The notes under the pieces are model-generated. The model was given only the letters and a program-made list of their open reading frames with translations, was not told where the DNA came from and did not search any database. A program made the position numbers and the translations under genes. A stretch of DNA of 64,000 bases, taken from assembly GCA_001872725.1 (NCBI GenBank), contig MNWR01000081.1:33849-97848 (forward strand), given 5' to 3'. Shown piece after piece: positions 37,648 through 47,109 of the stretch (its first letter is position 1; the number at the start of each line of letters is the position of its first letter). Source of the stretch: Proteobacteria bacterium CG1_02_64_396 (lineage in GTDB: Bacteria; Pseudomonadota; MNWR01; CG1-02-64-396).

Positions 37648-38642
37648 ATCCCTCGGTCGGGGGAGACAAAGGGCCAAGGATTTTGGTGATTCGATGCGGC
37701 GCGGTGGGTGATACCGTCATGGCCACCTGCGTCATCGATCCCATTTTGGCCCGGTTTCCCGACGCCCAAATCGAATGGCTGGCGACCCCCGGTTCGGCTG
37801 CGTTGTTTAAGCACGATCCCCGCATGACCCAGGTCCACCTGCTGCGCCACCGCAAATTCCCCACTTGGCTCACCAAGACCAAACGCGAACTGGTGCGCAG
37901 CAGCCGCAAGCGCCCCTTCGATTGGATCGTCAACCTTGAAGTTGCCCGTTTTCTGCGCCCCTTCGTCTCGGCGCTGAAGTGCCGCCATCTGATCGGCTTC
38001 AACGACGCCCTACCCTGGCAAGACATCCACGGGGTCGACAACCATCGCCGGGTGCTGGCCGCCGGGGGATTCGACCTTGAGCTGGCCTACCCGAGTTTGC
38101 GGGGGATCGCTCCGAGCATCACGTTGCCCCCCCGTTTCGTGGTGCTCCATCCCGGCAACAGCCATGCGGTGGGTCGTGGCCGCCTGAACATCCGGGCCTG
38201 GCCCGAGGAGCGGTGGCGGGCACTACTCTTGGCGCTACACAGCAAGGGGATCGCAGTGGCGGTGACCGGGGCTCCGACAGAGGCGGAGTTGGTACGGAAG
38301 GTGGCCGGTCGGGAGGGAATCGACTTGGCGGGGCGGACCACGCTACCCGAGTTGATCGACGTGGTAGGGCGTGCGGTTGTGTTTGTTTCGAGCGATACCG
38401 GGCCGATCCACATCGCCGCCGCGACCGGCGTTCCCATCTTGGGGCTGTATGGTCCGACCCGTCCGAGTCAGACCCGCCCCTATGGCCGGGAGGGGCAGGT
38501 GCTTTTGTTGCATAGCGACCGCCCCTGCATCCCCTGTTATGGCACCCCCCAGCAAATAAGCTGCGCCGACAATCTGTGTATGAGCGACCTTGGGGTTGAT
38601 CTGGTGCTTGAGCGGGTTCTGGAGCGATGGGACGGGCGGTAG
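37644..38642 (+). CDS. LPS heptosyltransferase, GT9 family
   Basis: RILVIRCGAVGDTVMATCVIDPILARFPDA N-terminal GT9 signature and C-terminal FVSSDTGPIHIAAATGVPILGLYGPT. GTG start overlaps the upstream stop; the ORF's 5' extension is rejected. Confidence 0.7.
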   Translation: MNPSVGGDKGPRILVIRCGAVGDTVMATCVIDPILARFPDAQIEWLATPGSAALFKHDPRMTQVHLLRHRKFPTWLTKTKRELVRSSRKRPFDWIVNLEVARFLRPFVSALKCRHLIGFNDALPWQDIHGVDNHRRVLAAGGFDLELAYPSLRGIAPSITLPPRFVVLHPGNSHAVGRGRLNIRAWPEERWRALLLALHSKGIAVAVTGAPTEAELVRKVAGREGIDLAGRTTLPELIDVVGRAVVFVSSDTGPIHIAAATGVPILGLYGPTRPSQTRPYGREGQVLLLHSDRPCIPCYGTPQQISCADNLCMSDLGVDLVLERVLERWDGR

Positions 38643-38940
38643 CAGCGCGGCATTGATGTCGGAACAATGGGCCGCATAGTCTAAAGCAGGAACGTCGGTG
38701 ACTGATTTTGGCAGCCCATCCCTGGTCTGCTCGGAGGCGCTGGATAAATCAGCGCCTCCTGAGAGATCCCCGGTTATCAAGGTCCGGGCGATTACCTGTT
38801 TGCCCATCCCGACCGGGTCGATCCGGCCCTGCTTCCGGTCATGCAATAACGGGGCGGGTTGTCGGAAAACCCTGGTTGGTGGGATGGCCCCCTCTCCCAA
38901 ATACTGTGACACCCCCCTTTTTTCAGATGGGAACCGGTTT

Positions 38941-39504
38941 ATGAACAAGGTTGGCTCCACCCGTGAACGGTACCGCACCGGGATTTTCGGTTTTGTTGTT
39001 TTGACCGCAGTGCTGTTTTCAAGGCCCGCCCCGGAGGGGATTGCCCTGGGCACCATGTTGGTGTTGCTCGGGTTGGTGATTCGGACCTGGTCGGTAGGCT
39101 ACGAGGATCGGGGCAATCACCTGTGCACCCTGGGCCCCTATTCCATGACCCGTCATCCGGTGGTGGTGGGCAACATCGCCCTGACGCTCGGGGTGGCCAT
39201 TGCGACCTCGACTTGGTATATGGCCCTTGGTGTGCTGCTTGCCGGTGGATGGGTCTATCGGCAAATGGTCGCCACCCGAGAGGCCGAGCTGAAGGAACGG
39301 TTCGGGGCCGCTTATGACCGCTGGGCGGAGGAGACCCCTCTGCTGTGGCCCAGTGTGGCTAACTTGACCTTGGCCCGAGGCACCTTTTCTTGGAAGCGGA
39401 TCTTTGCCCGGGAGGAGTGGCTGGTCTGGGTGGGGATGCTGGGGCTGATCGTCGTCCTTTGGTGGATCTTCTTTTTGCAGGCCAGCGGTCGGTGGTGGTT
39501 TTGA
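38941..39504 (+). CDS. ICMT/PEMT-family membrane methyltransferase (LmtA-like candidate)
   Basis: 187 aa from the ATG at 38941; 4-5 TM helices; C-terminal ICMT motif region (TLGPYSMTRHPVVVGNIALTLG...REAELKERFGAAYDRWAEETP). Confidence 0.6.
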   Translation: MNKVGSTRERYRTGIFGFVVLTAVLFSRPAPEGIALGTMLVLLGLVIRTWSVGYEDRGNHLCTLGPYSMTRHPVVVGNIALTLGVAIATSTWYMALGVLLAGGWVYRQMVATREAELKERFGAAYDRWAEETPLLWPSVANLTLARGTFSWKRIFAREEWLVWVGMLGLIVVLWWIFFLQASGRWWF

Positions 39505-40472
39505 GCGATTCGGCGCCCGCTTGGTTGATCGCCCGTCCCGACAAGATCGGCGACTTGATGTGCGCCACCCCGGTCTTCCGGGCCATTCGGGCGCAGCGCC
39601 CCGAGGTGCACATCGCAGCCCTGGTCAGCGATTACGCCGCCCCGGTGTTGCAAGGCAGCCCCTTTGTCGATGAGGTGATCGCAGTGCCGAGGGGGGGGGG
39701 CTTCGGCTGGCAGGCCATCGGCGAATTGTCCGCCCGTTTGCGCGGGAGGTTCGAGGTGGCGGTCAGCCTTTATGCCACCCCACCGCTTTCGGCGGCGCTG
39801 TGGCGGGCCGCGATCCCCGAACGAATCGCCCCGGCCAGTCGCTGGGTGCAGGTGTTCTACAACCAAACGGTGACGCAGCGCCGTTCCCGCTCCGACCGCC
39901 ATGAGGCGGTTTACAACCTGGAGCTGTTCGCCCCGGTGGGGATCGAGACACCCGCAGCGATTCGGGGCGACCTCTGGGTGAGCGAAGCCGAGCGGGTCGA
40001 GGGGGCGGCGTTGTTGCATGGGGCGGGCAGCCGCCCTGGTGCGGTGGGGATTTTGCCCGCCATGGGGGGCTCGGCTGCCGCTTGGCCCGAGGAGCGCTAC
40101 GTGGCGCTGGCGTGCGCCTTGCTCAAACGGGGTCTCCCGGCGGTGGTGATTGCCGATCCGGCCCAGATCGAGGCGGTGAAGGGGCGGTTTGGATCCGAAA
40201 CGCCGGTGGTTGCCGCCCCCGATCTTCGCCGCCTTGGTGGCGTACTCGCCAACCTGAGAACCCTGGTGGGGGGCTCGACCGGGCCGCTGCATATGGCGGC
40301 GGGGGCGGGGACCGCCGTGGTTGGCCTCTACCCGAGCTTCCCCCCCAGTCAGACCGCGACTCGCTGGGGCCCTTTGGGGGAGGGGCACTGCGTATTGTCC
40401 CCTGCGGTTGGGGAGGGGATGGAAACCATCGGGGTCGAGGCGGTTGTGGCCGCTGTGGAGGCAATGCCATGA
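39492..40472 (+). CDS. LPS heptosyltransferase, GT9 family
   Basis: LIARPDKIGDLMCATPVFRAIRAQRPEVHIAALV and C-terminal GGSTGPLHMAAGAGTAVVGLYPS. GTG start overlaps the methyltransferase stop. Confidence 0.7.
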   Translation: MVVLSDSAPAWLIARPDKIGDLMCATPVFRAIRAQRPEVHIAALVSDYAAPVLQGSPFVDEVIAVPRGGGFGWQAIGELSARLRGRFEVAVSLYATPPLSAALWRAAIPERIAPASRWVQVFYNQTVTQRRSRSDRHEAVYNLELFAPVGIETPAAIRGDLWVSEAERVEGAALLHGAGSRPGAVGILPAMGGSAAAWPEERYVALACALLKRGLPAVVIADPAQIEAVKGRFGSETPVVAAPDLRRLGGVLANLRTLVGGSTGPLHMAAGAGTAVVGLYPSFPPSQTATRWGPLGEGHCVLSPAVGEGMETIGVEAVVAAVEAMP

Positions 40473-41272
40473 GCAAGATGCCGATTTCGGTGGCGATTAT
40501 CGCCATGAACGAAGAGGAGAAAATCGACGAATGTCTCGCCTCGGTCGCTTGGGCTGAGGAGATCGTCGTTGTCGATTCAGGTTCGACCGACCGCACCTTA
40601 GAAATCGCCCGTACCTATACCGACCGGGTGGTCCACCGCGATTGGAGCGGTCACATCGACCAGAAGAACTACGCGCTATCACTGTGCAGCCACGACTGGG
40701 TGCTGTCGTTGGATGCCGACGAACGGGTTGGCCCCGAACTGCGCGAGGCGTTGCTACAGCTGCGCGAGCAGGGTCCCGGCGATTTTCAAGGGTTCGAATT
40801 CAACCGCGTCACCTGGTACCTGACCCGCTGGATCCGCCATGGGGAGTGGTATCCCGACCCGAAATTACGTCTGGTGCGTCAAGATGTGGCCCGGTGGGAG
40901 GGGACCAATCCCCACGACCGCCTCGTGGTCGAGGGAAAGGTCGGGCGGCTTGAGGGAGACCTGTACCACCAGTCGTTTTCCAACATCGAGGAACATCTCG
41001 ATACGATTCAGAGTTTTTCGTCGATCGCGGCGCGTGAGGCGATTGCCCGGGGTCGGGATGCCACCGTTTTTACCATGCTGGGGCACGGCCTGTTCGCGGT
41101 GTTTCGGTATTACGTGTTGCAGCAGGGATTTCGGGACGGCATCCCCGGCGTCATCATCGCGGTGCTGTCGGGCTGCGCCGCGTTTACCAAATATGCCAAA
41201 ATTTGGGCCTATCGGCGGGCATCCCAAGGGGTGATGCCCCAAGAAAAGGGCGGTTCGGGAGTCGAGCAGTGA
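40469..41272 (+). CDS. Glycosyltransferase family 2 (WaaE/KdtX-like LPS core glycosyltransferase)
   Basis: ISVAIIAMNEEEKIDECLASVAWAEEIVVVDSGSTDRT...LSLDADERV (GT2 DXD context). ATGA overlap with the upstream gene. Confidence 0.7.
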   Translation: MSKMPISVAIIAMNEEEKIDECLASVAWAEEIVVVDSGSTDRTLEIARTYTDRVVHRDWSGHIDQKNYALSLCSHDWVLSLDADERVGPELREALLQLREQGPGDFQGFEFNRVTWYLTRWIRHGEWYPDPKLRLVRQDVARWEGTNPHDRLVVEGKVGRLEGDLYHQSFSNIEEHLDTIQSFSSIAAREAIARGRDATVFTMLGHGLFAVFRYYVLQQGFRDGIPGVIIAVLSGCAAFTKYAKIWAYRRASQGVMPQEKGGSGVEQ

Positions 41273-42363
41273 AAATCTTGCAGGTCTGCCCCAGCCCCGC
41301 TTGGGGGGGGCTGGAACATTACCCCATGCGGGTGTTAACCCCGGCGCTCAAGGGGCGGGGGCATGAGGTCCACTGGTTGGTTCGTCCCGGCACCCCCCTT
41401 GAAGGGGCAGCCAGCGATCAGGGCGAAACCACCTTCTTGCTCCCCTCGGGCTATGCCAACTATTCCCCCGCCAACATCAAAATGGTGCGCAGGCTGTGCC
41501 GCGAACACCGCTACGACATGGTGGTGGTTCATCGCCCCAAAGATGTCTACCTGCTCTCTGCGGTCGAGGGTGGGCAGCGGGTGCTGTTCAGACACATGAA
41601 CCCCGGCACCAAGGATCGACGCACCCTGTTCCATCGCTGGGTGTATCGCTTTGTCGACCGGATGCTCTGCACCACGCAGTTGATGAAAACCATGACCGTG
41701 GCCACCTACCCCATCGCGGCCGAAAGGGTCGAGGTGGTCCCCTATGGGGTCGATCCCCTCCGTTTTCAGGTCGATCCCCAAGCCATCGCCCGGGTGAGAA
41801 ACGACTGGGGGGTGGACGAGGGGCAGCCGGTCGCCGGGATCATCGGTCGTCTCGATCCCCAAAAAGGGCAGGATGTGTTTGTCGCCGCCGCCGCCCAGGT
41901 TTTGCAGCAGCTCCCCGAGGCCCGCTTTGTCATCGTGGGGGAGGAGACCAAAGGGGAGGAGGGTTTCGGCGCTCAGGTCCATCGTCAGGTCGCGTCGCTC
42001 GGCTTGCAGGATCGCATCCTGTTTCGCCCCTTCGCCCGCGATGTCGCGCCGCTGATGGCGGCCCTCGATGTTTTCGTCTTGGCGACCCACTGCGAGACCT
42101 TTGGCATTGTGCTCATCGAGGCGATGGCGGCGGGGACGGCGGTGGTCGCCACCGATTGCGGCGGCCCCCCCGAGGTGCTCGGCGATGCCGGGGTGCTGGT
42201 CCCCCCCCAAGATGTTCGGGCGCTGGCCGATGCTTTGATGAATCTGCTTGCCGACCCGGTAGGGCGCCAAAATCTGGCCCTGCGGGGAAGGGGGCGGGCC
42301 CATGAACGTTTTGCATTAGAGCGCACCGTCGACTTGTTTCTTTCGACCTCGGGGGATTGCTGA
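41269..42363 (+). CDS. Glycosyltransferase family 4 (GT-B, retaining)
   Basis: C-terminal EX7E-type motif region (ATHCETFGIVLIEAMAAGTAVVATDCGGPPEVL); 364 aa. GTG start overlaps the GT2 stop. Confidence 0.7.
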   Translation: MKILQVCPSPAWGGLEHYPMRVLTPALKGRGHEVHWLVRPGTPLEGAASDQGETTFLLPSGYANYSPANIKMVRRLCREHRYDMVVVHRPKDVYLLSAVEGGQRVLFRHMNPGTKDRRTLFHRWVYRFVDRMLCTTQLMKTMTVATYPIAAERVEVVPYGVDPLRFQVDPQAIARVRNDWGVDEGQPVAGIIGRLDPQKGQDVFVAAAAQVLQQLPEARFVIVGEETKGEEGFGAQVHRQVASLGLQDRILFRPFARDVAPLMAALDVFVLATHCETFGIVLIEAMAAGTAVVATDCGGPPEVLGDAGVLVPPQDVRALADALMNLLADPVGRQNLALRGRGRAHERFALERTVDLFLSTSGDC

Positions 42364-42365
42364 GC

Positions 42366-43604
42366 ATGAACGGTTTGGCCACCTCGATGGCGATTCCTGA
42401 GGGGGTCTCCCCTAAATTAATCCGCTGGGCAGGGGTTGCGGCTGTTTGCCTGGGGGTCGCGATGCCCATTGGGATCGCCCCCATCAGCTGGGCGGGGGTT
42501 CCCCTGACGTTGATGATGATCGCCCTGTGGCGCCGCGGGGTGCACCCCGCCCCTTTCTGGCCCAAAGCCTGGGCGGGGTTTGTCGGGGCGGCTGTGGTGG
42601 TGTTTGTGTTCGCCTCGAACTGGAAGCAGGGGTGGAACCCTTTCCACGGGTTCGGATTTTTGGTCTATGCCTATGCCCTGTGGACCTTGCTGAATGTCGC
42701 CCCCGAGTGGGGTGAGCGCACCGCCAAGGGGTTCGTCTATTCCTGTACGGCGGTGGCCGTGTTGGTTGTGGTCCAGGCGATGGGGCTGCTCGATTTCATT
42801 GCCGGGTGGTTGTGGGGGGAGGGGAGTGGTCGGGCTGGGCTGTTCACCAATCCTATTTTGACCGCCGAGCTGTTGTTGCTGGCCCTGATTACGGGGTGGT
42901 TTAACCGTCAGAATAAACGGTGGTGGTTGATCAATCTGGCACTGTTGGCCGGAATCGTAGCGACCGGTACCCGTGGCGTTTGGGTGGCAACCTTGGTGGT
43001 GTTGCCTATTTTAGCCACGACATATTGGCGTGGTTGGCGAGCTTGGGCGGGGAGCGCAGCGTTGCTGGCAATGTTTGCCGGGATGGTGGCTGTGAGCCCC
43101 ATGGGGCAAGAGCGCATTTCGCTGATGCTGGCCGAGTTGCAGGAGGATCAAAGCATCAACCGCCAGAGGATGATGGAGGATGGGGTCGACAACAGTTCGA
43201 TGACCCGGATTTACCTTTGGCAGGGCGCGTGGATCCTATGGAAGGAGCACCCCCTGCTTGGAGTTGGTTTTGGTGCTTTCCCCGAGAAGGTGCAGGCCTT
43301 GTCGGATCGAGGCGAGATCGGCCCCATCCTGGTTAATGTCCATGCCCACAATGTGGTACTGCATTGGTTGGCAGCTCAGGGTGCAGTAGGGGCTCTGGCT
43401 CTACTCTTTCTCTTCGCTCAACCCTGGTTGGCGGCCCCCTCCTGGCGCCATCCCGGCACGCCATGGACCCAAGCCCGGCTGGTGATGTTGGCAACCCTGA
43501 TGACCGGGATGACCGAGGTCAACCTGGGTTGGGATGCCATGATGACCGCTTTTAGTGTCTGTCTGGTGTTGGCCATGGCCCCCCCGATGGGCTCGAAAAC
43601 GTAG
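42366..43604 (+). CDS. O-antigen ligase (WaaL/Wzy_C family) membrane protein
   Basis: About 10 TM helices and a Wzy_C loop (IVATGTRGVWVATLVVLPI). Alternative TTG start at 42357. Confidence 0.6.
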   Translation: MNGLATSMAIPEGVSPKLIRWAGVAAVCLGVAMPIGIAPISWAGVPLTLMMIALWRRGVHPAPFWPKAWAGFVGAAVVVFVFASNWKQGWNPFHGFGFLVYAYALWTLLNVAPEWGERTAKGFVYSCTAVAVLVVVQAMGLLDFIAGWLWGEGSGRAGLFTNPILTAELLLLALITGWFNRQNKRWWLINLALLAGIVATGTRGVWVATLVVLPILATTYWRGWRAWAGSAALLAMFAGMVAVSPMGQERISLMLAELQEDQSINRQRMMEDGVDNSSMTRIYLWQGAWILWKEHPLLGVGFGAFPEKVQALSDRGEIGPILVNVHAHNVVLHWLAAQGAVGALALLFLFAQPWLAAPSWRHPGTPWTQARLVMLATLMTGMTEVNLGWDAMMTAFSVCLVLAMAPPMGSKT

Positions 43605-43657
43605 CCACAGTTTCCGGCACGCTGGTTCAACCCTTTTTGCGATTGTGTAGGTACCTC

Positions 43658-44602
43658 ATGAGTCGACAACCCGCCATTTTGGTCTTCGGCGATCTGATGT
43701 TGGACGAATTTATCCGGGGCCGGGTGCGCCGGATCTCCCCCGAGGCGCCGGTCCCCGTGCTTGAGGTCGAGGAGGAACATTGGGTTCTGGGCGGTGCGGG
43801 CAACGTGGTCAACAATTTGGTTGCCCTGGGGGCCAAGGTGGGGGTGGTTGGGGTGGTCGGCGACGACACCTTCGGTCGTCTGCTCAACGAAACCCTTGAA
43901 GAAAAAGGGGTCGACACCCGTGGACTGGTGGTCGATCTCACCCGCCCCACCATCCGCAAAACCCGGGTGATCGCCCATCACCAGCAGGTGGTGCGGGTCG
44001 ACCGCGAATCCAAAGCGCCGCTCAGCGATCGGGTACGGGGCGATTTGGTCGAGCAGCTCACCGCCATGGCCGACGGCTGGGATGCGGTGATCGTTTCCGA
44101 TTACGGCAAAGGGGTGATCGAAAAACAGAGTCTGCCCGCCATCATCGCTGCCTTCCGCGCTCAGGGGGCCATCGTCGCCATCGATCCCAAGCCGCAAAAC
44201 ATGGCTGCCTACCTCGGGGCGACCTTCCTGACCCCCAACCATTTTGAGGCGGGGCAGATGGCGGGGGTCGAGATGGAAAACGACGCCGAGGTCGAGCAAC
44301 AGGGGATGGCGCTGCGGAAGACCCTTCAATGCGACGATCTGCTCATCACCCGTGGCGAACGGGGTATGAGCCTGCTGCTGGACGACGGCATCCACCACCT
44401 GCCCACCGTGGCGCAAGAGGTCTTCGATGTCACCGGCGCCGGCGATACGGTGATCTCGGTGATGACCTACTTCTTGGCCCAAGGAAAATCCCCCCTTGAG
44501 GCGGCGCGGCTGGCCAACATTGCGGGCGGCATCGTGGTCGGCAAACTCGGCACCGCTACCGTGACGGTCGACGAAATCATGGCCCACGAAAGCGCCTCTT
44601 AA
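43658..44602 (+). CDS. hldA: D-beta-D-heptose 7-phosphate kinase (RfaE domain I / HldA), ribokinase family
   Basis: ILVFGDLMLDEFIRGRVRRISPEAPVPVL and C-terminal DVTGAGDTVISVM (pfkB signature). The ATG at 43658 is preferred over the TTG at 43637. Confidence 0.75.
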   Translation: MSRQPAILVFGDLMLDEFIRGRVRRISPEAPVPVLEVEEEHWVLGGAGNVVNNLVALGAKVGVVGVVGDDTFGRLLNETLEEKGVDTRGLVVDLTRPTIRKTRVIAHHQQVVRVDRESKAPLSDRVRGDLVEQLTAMADGWDAVIVSDYGKGVIEKQSLPAIIAAFRAQGAIVAIDPKPQNMAAYLGATFLTPNHFEAGQMAGVEMENDAEVEQQGMALRKTLQCDDLLITRGERGMSLLLDDGIHHLPTVAQEVFDVTGAGDTVISVMTYFLAQGKSPLEAARLANIAGGIVVGKLGTATVTVDEIMAHESAS

Positions 44603-44604
44603 AC

Positions 44605-45465
44605 GTGCCATCCCCCGAGTTACAACCGATTCTGAGCACCGGCAGCGGCAATCTGTTGACCTGGATCCACCGTTTGCGCTTTCGCCGCGCCTTTACGGGG
44701 GTGCGGGCGACCCAAGGGCCAGGCGACGTAAGCCGCTTCGTGCAGCAGAGTCCGGGGCCAGTGTTGCTGGCAGGTGGGGATGGATCGCTACGCGAGGCGT
44801 TGACCGCCGCCCGCCCCGACCAACCGGTTGCGTTTTTTCCCGCCGGTACCGCTTCGGTCGCCCGTTGGGATCTCGGTTATGGCCGCACCGTGAGCGGCTG
44901 GCGCCACTGGCGCACCCGACCGATGCACCTGGGCTGGATCGAGCAGGGGGGGCAGGTGTGCGACGGATTCGTGATGATGCTCTCCGCTGGTCCCGACGCC
45001 GCCGCCGTGGCGGGAGTCTCTAAAAACCTCAAGCGCTGGTCGGGACCGTTGGCCTATTTGACGGCGATGATTCGGGCGCTGCTGGCCCCCATGGGGGCGA
45101 TCCGGGTGATCCTTCCCGATGGGGAGGAGCGGATGACCCCCCAAGTGATCGTTCAGAAAATCGCCCATTACGGCGGCCCCTTTCCGGTGGCGCCGGGTCG
45201 CAGCTCGGCGGGGATTGGATTTGCGGTGTTGGTATGGCGGGGCAGGGGGGCGTGGTCGGTGTTGCTGGGATTCATCGCCCTGTTTTTGCGCCTGCCCTTT
45301 TGGCGCCATTGGGTGGAGCGGATCGACACCGACGGGCCGGTACGGCTTGAAGCGGTTGCCGGAGCGGTGGCCGTGCAGATCGACGGCGATCCTGCCCCGC
45401 CCCTGCCTTTGACGGTGGTGGATGGTCCGCCCCGCACCCTGGCTTACCCGGTGGGGGGGGCATGA
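44605..45465 (+). CDS. DAGK_cat-family lipid kinase-like protein (YegS/BmrU-like)
   Basis: GGDGS motif (VLLAGGDGSLREAL) in the expected position. GTG start 3 nt after the hldA stop; ATGA overlap with kdsB. Confidence 0.5.
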   Translation: MPSPELQPILSTGSGNLLTWIHRLRFRRAFTGVRATQGPGDVSRFVQQSPGPVLLAGGDGSLREALTAARPDQPVAFFPAGTASVARWDLGYGRTVSGWRHWRTRPMHLGWIEQGGQVCDGFVMMLSAGPDAAAVAGVSKNLKRWSGPLAYLTAMIRALLAPMGAIRVILPDGEERMTPQVIVQKIAHYGGPFPVAPGRSSAGIGFAVLVWRGRGAWSVLLGFIALFLRLPFWRHWVERIDTDGPVRLEAVAGAVAVQIDGDPAPPLPLTVVDGPPRTLAYPVGGA

Positions 45466-46253
45466 AAGACAACAACTGCAACGCCGATGTTTTGGTGGTT
45501 CTTCCGGCGCGGCGCCGCTCCACCCGCCTGCCCGACAAACCGCTGCTCGACATCCACGGTCAACCGATGATTGTCCATACTTGGCGGCGCGCCATGGCAG
45601 CCCAGGTGGGGGCGGTGGTGGTGGCGACCGACGATCCCGACATTGCCGCAGCGGTTCGGGCGGTGGGGGGGGAGGCGGTGATGACCCGGGCCGATCACGT
45701 CAGTGGCTCCGACCGGGTCGCCGAGGTGGCGCGGGGGCGATCCGAAAGCTGGATTGTGAATTTGCAGGGTGATGAACCTTTGTTCGATCCGGCAATCTTG
45801 GGGCGGGTCCTCGAACCGTTGCGGGCCGACGCCGCGTTGGGCATGGCGACCCTGGCCCACCCTCTGCACGAGTGGTCCGACATCGTTAATCCCAATGTGG
45901 TGAAGGTGGTCTGTTCGGCGCTGGGACGCGCTCTGTATTTCAGCCGGGCGCCGATCCCCTTCGACCGAGACAGCTGGGGTCACCACCTGCCTCGACGCGA
46001 CGAACCGGTTTCGGATTTTCCCCCGATGCTTCGCCATATTGGCGTTTACGCGTATCGTCGGGATTTCCTGCTCGAATGGACCACCTGGCCCGAGGGGCGG
46101 TTGGAACGGCTGGAGCGGCTGGAGCAGCTGCGGGTATTGGAAGCGGGGCACCCCATCGGGGTAGCCGTGGTCGACCATGGCCCCGTCGGGGTCGACACCT
46201 GGGACGACCTGGAACGTGTGCGCCAATTGTTGGCGCGAGAGGGGGGGCTTTGA
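45462..46253 (+). CDS. kdsB: 3-deoxy-manno-octulosonate cytidylyltransferase (CMP-Kdo synthetase)
   Basis: VLVVLPARRRSTRLPDKPLLDIHGQPMIVHTWRRA; LQGDEPL motif; 263 aa. Confidence 0.85.
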   Translation: MKDNNCNADVLVVLPARRRSTRLPDKPLLDIHGQPMIVHTWRRAMAAQVGAVVVATDDPDIAAAVRAVGGEAVMTRADHVSGSDRVAEVARGRSESWIVNLQGDEPLFDPAILGRVLEPLRADAALGMATLAHPLHEWSDIVNPNVVKVVCSALGRALYFSRAPIPFDRDSWGHHLPRRDEPVSDFPPMLRHIGVYAYRRDFLLEWTTWPEGRLERLERLEQLRVLEAGHPIGVAVVDHGPVGVDTWDDLERVRQLLAREGGL

Positions 46254-46939
46254 TCGAGAACGAAGATCGTGTGGTCGACGCAGCCCGTCAGGGTAATGCC
46301 AAAGCCTTCGAGTTGCTGGTGATAACCTATCAGGGGCGGATTCGCGCCCTGCTGTCGCGCTGGGTGCGCAACGCCGCCGAGGTCGACGAGCTGTCGCAAG
46401 AGGTCTTCTTGCGCGCCTATCGGGGGCTACCCAACTTCCGGGGCGATTCGAGCTTTTTTACCTGGATCTACCGCATCGCCATCAATCTGGCCAAGAACCA
46501 CCTGCAAACCCAGAAGCGGCGTCCGCAGATTGCCGATGTCGAAATCGCCGACGCCGAGCAATTCGATTTTGCCCCCGACCTGCGCACCAACGAAACCCCG
46601 GAGCGGACCCATCTGCGTCGGGAGCTTTTGGATCAGCTCGAAGAGGCGGTCGAGGCGCTGCCCGAGGTGCTGCGTCGGGCGGTGGAGCTGCGCGAGCTCG
46701 ACGGCAAGAGTTACGAGGAGATCGCCGAGATCCTCGATTGCCCCATCGGGACGGTGCGTTCCCGACTGTTCCGGGGACGGCAAGAGATCGAGCGGCGCAT
46801 GCGCCCCTATCTGCAAAAAGGGCAGGCGGGGGAGCGCGATGCCGATCTCAAACGGGGGCAGTACCGGCAGCAACATGGTCACCATGAGGATCAAGAGCAT
46901 CGAGAACGGGCCGTCGAAGAGGTGCTCGACCATTCCTGA
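46250..46939 (+). CDS. rpoE: ECF sigma factor (RpoE/sigma-24 family)
   Basis: Region 2 (ELSQEVFLRAYRGLPNFRGDSSFFTWIYRIAINLAKNHL) and region 4 (LRELDGKSYEEIAEILDCPIGTVRSRLFRGRQEI). TTG start overlapping the kdsB stop. Unusual charged/His-rich C-terminal tail of about 35 aa. Confidence 0.75.
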   Translation: MIENEDRVVDAARQGNAKAFELLVITYQGRIRALLSRWVRNAAEVDELSQEVFLRAYRGLPNFRGDSSFFTWIYRIAINLAKNHLQTQKRRPQIADVEIADAEQFDFAPDLRTNETPERTHLRRELLDQLEEAVEALPEVLRRAVELRELDGKSYEEIAEILDCPIGTVRSRLFRGRQEIERRMRPYLQKGQAGERDADLKRGQYRQQHGHHEDQEHRERAVEEVLDHS

Positions 46940-47109
46940 AAAAAAATACGGAATTTGATGCAACCTTTTCGCGGGGTGCCTCTCTATCGCTCCCAAGCAA
47001 GCCCCAGAGGGGCAAAAAAGTCAGTAAATAAAGGGTGTTTGAACACCCGAGGTCTTCAACGCAAGGGCGTGTATGCGCCTCAATCCACTGATCGAGGTGG
47101 GAGGGAAGA

